Notes under the pieces: generated by a model
Databases searched by the model: none
The model's input: the letters and a program-made list of their open reading frames with translations, nothing else
What the model was told of the DNA's origin: nothing
In this document: positions 53,419-64,000 of the stretch, in pieces
How the letters are laid out: each line of letters starts with the position of its first letter
How positions within the stretch are numbered: position 1 is the first letter of the stretch
Assembly (NCBI GenBank): GCA_951406725.2
Contig: OX597815.1
Coordinates: forward strand, 168,702,001 to 168,766,000
DNA from: Octopus vulgaris
Taxonomy: Eukaryota
Direction: 5' to 3'
Length of the DNA: 64,000 nt
Made by a program: the position numbers and the translations under genes

Positions 53419-53985
53419 TAGGGTTGTCCGGAAAGTTTGTGTCGATTTTTAAAGGACAGAAAAAGGTCAATAAATACTTGCCATTACATTTTTAATCAAC
53501 CAAATATGAACCATTTTGTTGCACAATGCGTCTCCATCTTTCCTTTAACTTGAAAATACCCTCTTCCGAGAATTGAGGTGGTTTCATGGTAAAGAATTCA
53601 TCAAGGTATCTTTTTACGTCATCCAAGGAATTGAAATTTTTACCATTAAGACTATTCTGCAGGGACCTGAAGAAGTGGAAATCTGAAGGAGCAATATCTG
53701 GTGAATATGGACGATGCGATAACACATTCCCGGCCGAGCTGCAGCAATTTTTGTCTGGTTCCCAAAGCATCAAGTGCCGAAAATGAACCTTCTTATCTTC
53801 CATTTTAAAGGGTTACAGAATTATCACAGGTTATAGGAACATAAACCTTCTTCCACGAAAAGCTAGCTTGAATTGTTCTCTAAATGGATGTTTAGTCAAA
53901 TCCTGTTTTATGGACTCAACCATAATCTAAAATAAGTCGAAAGGTAAGCTGCTATAAATCGGCACGAACTTTCCGGACAACCCAA
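53419..53985 (-). mobile_element. Second copy of the internally deleted mariner
   Basis: Same TIRs, TA flanks and deletion junction as 27625-28190. Confidence 0.93.
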
Positions 53986-54401
53986 TAGATCTGGGTAGAG
54001 AAAGCATGTCACTAATTAGGTCACGAATGCCAACAAAAGGACTCTGATCTAGTTGATCCATTGACAAACCGATTAAAATTGATTGTTTAAATGTGTAAAT
54101 GGTTAACTAGTTGACAAATAATAATAAAAGAATTGGTGTTTATTTTATGTATCATACCTGTATATTCCTTTGTGGCAAAGTACAATGTACACACCCATCT
54201 CTGCTTTAAAACAATTTTATTAGTCTTTTTTGAAAAAAAAATACAATAAAATTTATTAAAAGTCGATGATGTGCTGTAGCACTTTTAATGCATTATTCAA
54301 TGAGTCATGGGTCGAAAACGTCGAAAATCGTTTTTGAAGACCAAAGCTGGACTTAGTCATAGTGATGCTCTAAGCTATCGATCAGCAACTTTATTTTTAT
54401 T

Positions 54402-54436
<35 letters not shown>

Positions 54437-55358
54437 GGTGCAATGGTTCACTTTCGATTTTTTTCCTACTTGCCCACATGTGTATCATATTAAATCTAAC
54501 ATAAAAATAGTCTCACATTTCTATCTCGAAAGCTACCAGTTAATCAATGACCCACATACATCAATTAAATTATTTAAAAAGTTTAGGCACAAGCATAGCT
54601 GAGCGGTTAAGAAGCTCCTTTTGCAGCCACATGATGTTGAGTTCAGTTCCAATGTGCTGCACCTTTTTCTATAGCCTTGGGTCGACCAACGACTTACGAG
54701 TGAATTATCTTAACAAAGTCTGTGTGGAAACCCGTCGTATATATGTGTATATTTTTGTGATTGCATTTGTAACCCCACCCCACCGGTATCGGTTTGCTTT
54801 CATCTCAATGAGGGCAAAACAAAAAAGACTGATAGAATAAGTACAAAACTTTAAAAATACGTAAATACTCTGTTTTCGATTTGTTCAACAAAATCCTTCA
54901 AAGTGTTGCTCCAGCATAGCCGCTGTCCAATAACTGAAACAAGTAAAATATAAAAGTTCTGAGGTTCACAGAGATCATTTCAGCGGCTTACTTGTGGGTT
55001 GTGATTCATCTTGTTGCCAACCCTTTGTATATATGAAGCTCGATGGCTCATTGCTAAAAACAATTACACCAATAGATTTCACGAAAATTTGAAATACATG
55101 TTTAATTATTTTGTGATCCATGCTGAGTATGAAAGCCTTGATTAAATTTGGCTCTGCTCAAGCGACATAAATGATAATGGTGATTCTGCCGAAATCCGAT
55201 TATTTCGTCATCTGACATGAGACACGTCGTGCACCTGTACCGGTAATGTTGATTTGGTGGAAGTAGTGAGCTTGTGTGATCACAAAACACTTGATTACTA
55301 TAAACAAATCATCTGTGGTTGTTCAGCAAGCAAGAAATTGCAGAACCCTCGTCTATGA

Positions 55359-55407
<49 letters not shown>

Positions 55408-55410
<3 letters not shown>

Positions 55411-56495
55411 TAGTTTTATTTTTATAGCGTGCTTTCACTTCACTACCGAGCGCAGCTCTGTGTGCCTTGGGTATGTGCTGTGATTTGTTGTGATGCTCTG
55501 ATGGTTATTGTATGGAAAGTGTTCTGCGTAGGATGTGTGCAGTGCCTAGTAGTGCAATTTTCTGTATGTTATATGTGTTTGTAAGTCCTGGTGTTTTTGT
55601 TATGTATTTGTCTGAATATTTTTTATCATGCCTAATGCACCTACTATGATAGAAATTGTTTCTGTTTTCAGATTCCACATTCTAGTTACCTCTATTTCCA
55701 GGTCTTTGTATTTTGAGAGTTTCTCCATTTCTTTTAGAGACACGTTGTCATCTGCCGGTATTGATACATCAATTAGAAAGCATTTTTTTCTTCATGATCT
55801 CTGACAACTATATCTGGTCTGTTGGCCTTAATTTCTCTATCTGTGTGTATCGGCATGGTTGCTTTCTCGTTTTCTGTGACCTTTTCTGGTGTGTGCCTAT
55901 ACCATCTTTTTTCTGTTGTTATTCCATAATGTTGGCATAGCTTCCAATGTATGTAGGTTCCAACTCTGTCATGTCTGTGAATATATTCCTTCTTAGCCAG
56001 GACTGGGCAGCTAGAGATAATATGATTTATTGTTTCTTGTCCATCTCCACATATTCTGCAGTTACTTGTAATATTTCTTTTCATTACATGTTTTTGGTAA
56101 TTTCTGGTGGGGAGGCTTTGGTCTTGTGCTGCAATTAAAAATCCCTCTGTTTCTGCTTTGAGTCCTGAGCTTCTCAACCATTGCTGGGATTTTTCTTTGT
56201 CTATTTCTTTTGCGTTTAGTTTAGTGCAGTATTTACTATGAAGGGGCTTTTCTTGCCATCGTTTTATCATGGTTCGTTGCTGTTCTATTTTTAGTTTGGA
56301 TTTCATTTGTTTTATAGCTTTTGTTGTTTCTTCATCTTCTTCTTCTTCTTCTTCATGTTTATTATGTGGTATGATTTCTTGTTTGTATTTGTCAGCTTCC
56401 TTAAATACTGAGAACAGTTTTTTGTTTTGCTTGTGTTTTACCGCTATCTGGATCAGTTTTCCTTCCTTCTGAAGTAGATATTTTTGCAGTCCTAT
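55408..56495 (-). mobile_element. 5'-truncated R4/Dong LINE (CCHC + restriction-like endonuclease + 3' UTR) in (TAA)n
   Basis: LKAETEGFLIAAQDQSL…CRICGDGQETINHIISSC…RHDRV…NRPDIVV; (ATT)n on both sides. Confidence 0.92.
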
Positions 56496-56499
56496 GGTG

Positions 56500-56558
<59 letters not shown>

Positions 56559-56584
56559 CCAGCCAAAACTTGAAACCATTATTG

Positions 56585-56800
56585 GAGGCTGGGAACTGGC
56601 AGAATCGTTAGCACGCCGGGAAAAATGCTTAGCGGCATTTCGTCCGTCCTTACGTTCTGAGTTCAAATTCCACCGTGGTCGACTTTGCCTTTCTTTCCTT
56701 TCGGGGTCAATAAAATAAGTACCAGTAGAGTACTGGGATCGATGTAATCGACTTACGCCCTCCCTCAAAATTTAGGCCTTGTGCCTGTAGCAGAAAGGAA
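56585..56800 (+). mobile_element. SINE family C-related copy
   Basis: Head and central domain match. Confidence 0.8.
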
Positions 56801-57205
56801 TATTATTCAACTTGTCACACAGCATTTGTTACTGGTGGTGTAATACGGGTGCCAGTTGTCCACAACCAGTGGATTGAGGTAGCACCTTCAATTGTCAAGC
56901 ACATTTCAAAATATTCTAGCAGTTCCAATGAGAGTTGTTTTCTGTAAGTGCCCCACCCTGTTGTTGTCCCCGATTTTTTAAAAATAGTTTTCAATTCTGG
57001 TACTCACAATACCAAGCACCCTGACAACAACCGAGACCACCGAGACCTTTTCCACTGCCTACAAATGTTTTATCTCCCATGCTAGTAGTTCATATCTCTC
57101 GATCTTCCTCAATTCTTATTGTCACAAACCTTATTGTCAGCTGGACAAACCACATCTAGGATCAAACACTGTTTGTTGACTTTGTTGATCACCATTATAT
57201 CTGGG

Positions 57206-57777
<572 letters not shown>

Positions 57778-58549
57778 CAAACAAAGCAGTTACGTTCCAT
57801 TGAAAACTCAATTCAAAAACCTGAGGCTCTTGCTGCGGTTTATGAACTTGCATAATATTATTTTTGTAAGAGAAAGTTTTCCAGTTAAGTCTCACCCTAC
57901 TTACAGGAACAATAGCGTCAGACTTCTAGAGACATGTGCCGTGCCTTTTCTCTTGATTACTAAGCGTTATGACGTTATTAATCTATGTGACTATTGACAC
58001 ACGCCACCTGCTCGTGTTACTTTTTATAATTTCTTTCCTTCGTTTTAATGCATGCGAACACTTTGTTCTGAAACAAGATACCAGCTGCTGCAAACATCGC
58101 CGAACTGCTGCTTGTTAATCGTGTCATTATAATCAGCTATAATAACATTGCAAGAAAATTATTTAAGTATTTATTTATTTATTTATTTATTTTTAACAAG
58201 ATAGCGAGCGTACTTTCATGCTTGGAAAACCACTTACAAAGACCGCTAAGACACTTGTCGGTAATATAAAACTAGTTTCCATGTCCTTACACAGAAACAT
58301 CCGACAGATTTTACTAGGGCATTACAACAATATAATAGCTAACACAGTACCGAAGGCCATGAGGTTTTACTGTGTAACCCCAAAATACCAATTCAAATGA
58401 TTTTAATGATATATTCGATCTATGATCAAATACTAAAGCGCCAAAGAATGAGATATGTTGAGCATCGGAATGCGAGAGAATAATCTGTGTGTGTGTGTGT
58501 GTGTACATACATTAATATATATGAATACATATATATATATATATATATA

Positions 58550-58765
58550 TATTTCTTTATTGCCCACAAGGGGCTAAACATAGAGGGGACAAATAAGGAC
58601 AGATAAAGGGATTAAGTCGATTACACCGACCCCCAGTGCGAAACTGGTACTTTATTTATCGACCCCGAAAGGATGAAAGGCAAAGTCCACCTCAGCGGAA
58701 TTTGAACTCAGAACGTAACGACAGACGAAATACCGCTAGGCATTTCGCCCGGCGCGCTCACCGCC
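58550..58765 (-). mobile_element. SINE family C
   Basis: Consensus match. Confidence 0.88.
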
Positions 58766-58770
58766 TTTTC

Positions 58771-58881
<111 letters not shown>

Positions 58882-58895
58882 CTTCTTTTATCTTT

Positions 58896-59297
58896 ATCTT
58901 TTACTTGTTTCAGTCATTTGACTGCGGCCATGCTGAAGCACCGCCTTTAGTCGAGCAAATCGACCCCGGGACTTATTCTTTGTAAGCCCAGTACTTATTC
59001 TATCGGTCTCTTTTGCCGAACCGCTAAGTGACGGGGACATAAACACACCAGCATCGGTTGTCAAGCAATGCTAGGGGGACAAACACACAAACACACACAC
59101 ATACACATACACATATATATATATACATATATACGACAGGCTTCTTTCAGTTTCCGTCTACCAAATCCACTCACAAGGCATTGGTCGGCCCGGGGCTATA
59201 GCAGAAGACACTTGCCCAAGATGCCACGCAGTGGGACTGAACCCGGAGCCAAGTGGTTGATTAGCAAGCTACTTACCACACAGCCACTCATGCGCCT
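58896..59297 (-). mobile_element. SINE family B
   Basis: Consensus match. Confidence 0.9.
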
Positions 59298-59306
59298 ATA
59301 TATATA

Positions 59307-59815
59307 TATATTATATTAAATTAGAGATAAAACCACTATTAGGCAAATCATACAATGAAAAACTTAAGCCAATACATAAGATTATTTAATTTATATTATT
59401 TAAATATATAACAAAATTATTAAAAAAATATAATTAATATAACACTACGATCGTTTCATGGCTGTTAATTTCTTTAAATTTTCGAGTTACAGTCATTCAT
59501 CAGGTGGTTTAAATATTTAACTTGGCGAGGTTAAACCACCTGATGAATGACTGTAACTCGAAAATTTAAAGAAATTAACAGCCATGAAACGATCGTAGTG
59601 TTATATTAATTATATTTTTTTAATAATTTTGTTATATATTTAAATAATATAAATTAAATAATCTTATGTATTGGCTTAAGTTTTTCATTGTATGATTTGC
59701 CTAATAGTGGTTTTATCTCTAATTTAATATAATATAATATTTTACTATAAAATTGGATTCAATCCTAAATCTGATTTTTCCCTGTAAGTTTGGATTTATT
59801 CCCTAATATTTATTA
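59307..59815 (+). mobile_element. Palindromic PLE-derived element (206-bp arms, 18-bp spacer) with a hammerhead on each strand (59443-59506 -, 59537-59600 +)
   Basis: CAC CTGATGA ATGACTGT…ACAGCCAT GAAAC GATC GTA GTG; flanked by (TA)n. Confidence 0.85.
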
Positions 59816-60263
59816 TATATATATATATACATACATGTACATGCTTACATACATGACGTAATTAGGTAGTAAAAATACACCAGCATTTGCAGTAGAAACT
59901 GTCTTGTGATTTGTCTCCTGCTGGCAATGTACACAAGAATGTTTATATGCACCAAAAGATTATACACGGGATTCTCTCGTGTTAACTATCGCAGTATTCT
60001 GTGTTCTAATACAAAATCCCCTCTTCAGTGAATGTATGTGTGTGTATATCGTTGCTATTATGTTAAGCTGTCGTATGTCCAAATTTGGCCAAATGTTTTT
60101 TTTTTCAATATTTATTTTTGCTTGTAATAGCCGGTTCTTTTGGTCAAGCTATCGTATCTCCAACTGCTTCAGATACCAAGATGCTAAAATTGCCAAAGTA
60201 TAGTATACAACGGTTTTGCTTCTGAAAAAGTTTTGGACTTACGATACTTTTGCATAATAGCAA

Positions 60264-60313
<50 letters not shown>

Positions 60314-60420
60314 ACTCCACATTTTTCGCTTACATAACGCTGTTCTTCCTTTCCCTGATATCAATCACACTCACTCTGCTATTACATTTCCCTCAGACAC
60401 ACACACGCCGACACACACAC

Positions 60421-60451
<31 letters not shown>

Positions 60452-60994
60452 TATATACTTTTTGCACCCTTCTCATTTTATCATATAATTCGCCCAACCC
60501 CAGTAGGGGGCAATTATATATATATTTTTTGAAATCCAACAAGCCTATTATTGAACTGGATGTTCGTGTAACATGTATGCAAAGTTTCATGAATATTGGT
60601 TCGCTGATTTAGGCAGCAGGGTCGTAAAAGACAGACAAAAATTGTCATTTATATGTAAGATATCACGTGACCGAGTAGACTATCAGATGTTACGCAAAGC
60701 TGACCAGAATGAGCTTTGCATAGTTTTAGCCATCGTATGACACCACTCCGCTAGCTAAGCGCGCACGCGCGCGCGCGAGAGAGAGAGATAGAGATAGAGA
60801 GAGAGACCACCTTGAAGGGTTTAGTCGAACAAATTGCCCCTAGTACCTTTTTTACTTAAGTCTGATACCTTATTTAATCTGTCTCATTTGCTGAACCGCT
60901 GGTTACAGGGAGGTAAATAAACCAACACAGGTCGTCAAACATAATTGCAAAAACCACACACGCACACATACACACACATACACATATATGTATG

Positions 60995-61030
<36 letters not shown>

Positions 61031-61194
61031 CGTGTGTGTGTGTTGGCTGAGTGGTAAGAAGCTTGCTTCCCACCCACATGGTTCCGGGTTCAGCCCCACT
61101 GTGCGACACCTTGCGCAAGTGTCTTCTACTATAGCTTCAAGTCGAACAAAGCCTTGTAAGTGGATTTGGTTGTCGGAAACTGAAAGAAGCCCGT

Positions 61195-61485
<291 letters not shown>

Positions 61486-62229
61486 GTATATGTATATGTG
61501 TGTCTGTGTCGGCGTGTGTGTGTGTAGAAAACAAAGTTATTTTATTCCACACGAAGAGAAATATAGGAAAAATAGAAGTTGAAAATGCACTGAGAATAGT
61601 TAAAATGCTTTATTATATTATTATATTTATAGATTTAACTGGTTTCACAGTTTACACTGATTTTCAAAAGTGTTGAAATAGAAAGGCGTGGCTTATGTCG
61701 CACCTGTCTTATTTTGTTGTCGAAGTAGTCTTGAATTGTCCTCATAAAATTGGTGAGTATAGTTTCGATATTTAGGTGTTTGATTAATCGGTTGTAAATG
61801 GGGTTTGTGGGTTTTAACTTCTTTCAGGAATGGGTTAGCGGTAGAGTACTGTATAAGCCTACCGCACCCCCGATTTTCGGTCCCCTACGAGGGAAAAACG
61901 TGGGGGAAACCGGGAAATAACCTGGGCTAATGAAAAGGAAGAAATACGGGATGAATACAAACTTCAATTACAAACAAGTGTTTGAAGCTTTTTATAGGGA
62001 GTTCATAGCTCAAATTAGTATATGCTTTGAATAGGACTTGATTGGTAGAGGATAGTCACATGACCGGTCTAAGAAATTTTTGTAGGTTCCTCGCTACGTC
62101 TGTGTGTTAGTATCAAGTGACAATGCTTGGCATCGTAAGTTAAAGCTGACACGGTTGACTGAACATGTCTACTGACAATACCAAACAATCAATGCTCTGA
62201 ATATTTTCTGTCAAGTGTTTGTAGGGAAT

Positions 62230-64000
62230 GAACAGGTGGTTAAATTTAGAACCTTTTGTATGTTGTCTATTAATATTAATGGATATTGTCTTTTAAGTAG
62301 TATTTGTTTTAGTTCCTGGAGTCTTCTATTGCGAGTTTCAGGGTTTGAGACGATTGTGCAAATTCTTCTTGATAGATTAAATGGAATATTATTTTTCGTG
62401 TGTTTGGGATGGCATGAAGAGACCAGTAAGTATTGTTTAGAATCTGTTTGTAGTGAATTTCTGTTTCAATGTTTAATCTCCTTTGATGATTGGTATGTCC
62501 AGAAATGGTAGTTGAGTTTTATCGTATTCCATGGTGAAGTTGACATTGTTTATGTTTCTGATTAGGTTTTTAAAATCTATAAGTTGTTCAAATGTGTGCG
62601 TCCATAGGAAAACGTTTCCAGTTTTCTAGTAGATATTTGTAGAACTTCAAGCGATATTTTAATTTAGATTGTTCATATATCTGGACCGCCATGTATGCCA
62701 TAACTAGATTGGCGTAAGTTGGAGCAACTTTTGTCCCCATCACAGTCCCAGATATTTGTAAATATTGTCATCGAAGTCAAAAAAGTTGTTTACGGAGTTG
62801 AACTTTAATCCTCAGTGATGAAACCTTTCTCAATTCTGTCTGGAATTTCATGAGGGAATTTCTCAGGCCAGAAATTTATTGCCTCTAGCCCATAATGACG
62901 TGGGATTGTGGTATAGAGTTTACCACATCAAAAGATACAATAATGGTATCATTGTTTATAGATTTTGGGAGGTTGTTTAACAGGTCCAGGTTGTCCCTTA
63001 CAGGACTTGGTACGTATTTTAAAATAGGTCTCAGGAATAGATCTAAAAAGATGCTGAGTTTGTGTTTTCCACAGTTCGGACCTGCTACGATCCGTCTTAA
63101 TTTAAAGGTCGGCGAGATATTGTATGTTTATACTACTTGAAGTTAGTTCTTTACATGCATTCTTAATAGTTTGATTCTTATGGATTTTTGGGAGGCTGTA
63201 GAAGTAACTAGTCTTGCAATCAAAATGGATTAGGTAGTCACATTCATTGTTTGTTAAACATTTTTGATGTCTGTGAATGAGTGTGTTCAGTTTAGTCATT
63301 ATCTTTGATTTTTGGCAATTGTTTACCTTTTCGTAGTAAGTCGTATCTTGTAATATAGATAGCATATCTCTTTTGTAGAGTTCAGTATCCATAACTATAG
63401 CACTTCCTTTATCTGCTTCCTTAATTGTAATGTCGTTATTGTTTTTCGGCTTATGTATAATTTCCATTCTTTTCGACTGGTATTTGGGCTTGATTCTAGG
63501 GTGTGGCAGTTCTTGTAAGGGATGGCAGATATAAAATCACAAAATTTATCTAAATCTTTATTCTTACCTTTCGTAAGCTTGTAATCGCTCTTGTTTCCTA
63601 CAATTGATTCGTCCCTGTTTTTTTTATCGGACATTTCCTCTGTTAGGCGTAGTTTTCTAAAGAACTGTGAAATATCATTCTGTATTTTATTGGAGTTAGG
63701 GTGCTGTGGCGTTGGGGTGAATTTCAGGCCTTTTGACAAAATATTAATTTCTTCTACTGAAAGAGTTTTTTGGTTAGGCTAATATCTTCTGTTTCTCATC
63801 TTTGGTTTATACCATCTACTGTCGAGAACTCTGTCGGTTGGATCTAAAAAAACGCTTTTTCAAAGTTTTCTTTTTATTACTATTAATATTTCCGAAGACA
63901 TTTTCTCTGTTAATTTGCCCTCTTTTGTATCGATTCTGTCCATTTGTTGTTCTGTATTGTGGTTGTTTCTCACTGTAATTGTTTTTTATCCGTTGTGTAT
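62230..64000 (-). mobile_element. Degenerate Penelope-like reverse transcriptase
   Basis: SKGLKFTPTP…FFRKLRL…ITIKEADKGSAIV…FYSLPKIHK…VSFDVV…MGTKVAPTYANL…HPKHTK.NIPFNL.RRICTIVS; many frameshifts. Confidence 0.88.

Overview
AT-rich, microsatellite-saturated animal DNA. The SINE families and repeat landscape look like an octopus (inference). The only supported host gene is a minus-strand hydroxylysine kinase (HYKK/AGPHD1-like, APH/choline-kinase fold): five coding exons at 45966-36386, all GT-AG, phases join into a 397-aa ORF. The rest is mostly transposon debris: several tRNA-derived SINE families; R4/Dong, CR1-like, Tx1/L1, RTE and CRE LINE fragments; two Penelope-like element (PLE) remnants; mariner, maT and piggyBac relics; a Helitron-like element; and a telomere-repeat-bearing MITE with 8-bp TSDs. 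The most striking signal is about 12 minimal type-I hammerhead ribozyme motifs from at least 8 unrelated short PLE-derived elements. These elements are often palindromic and mostly sit in (TA)n or (ATT)n tracts. Nearly all motifs have a self-complementary stem III, with eight different palindromes. The tertiary 3-8 pair covaries (C-G, U-A, G-C, U.G). In one family the truncated copies end at the predicted cleavage site. Most ORFs in the supplied track are microsatellite artefacts.
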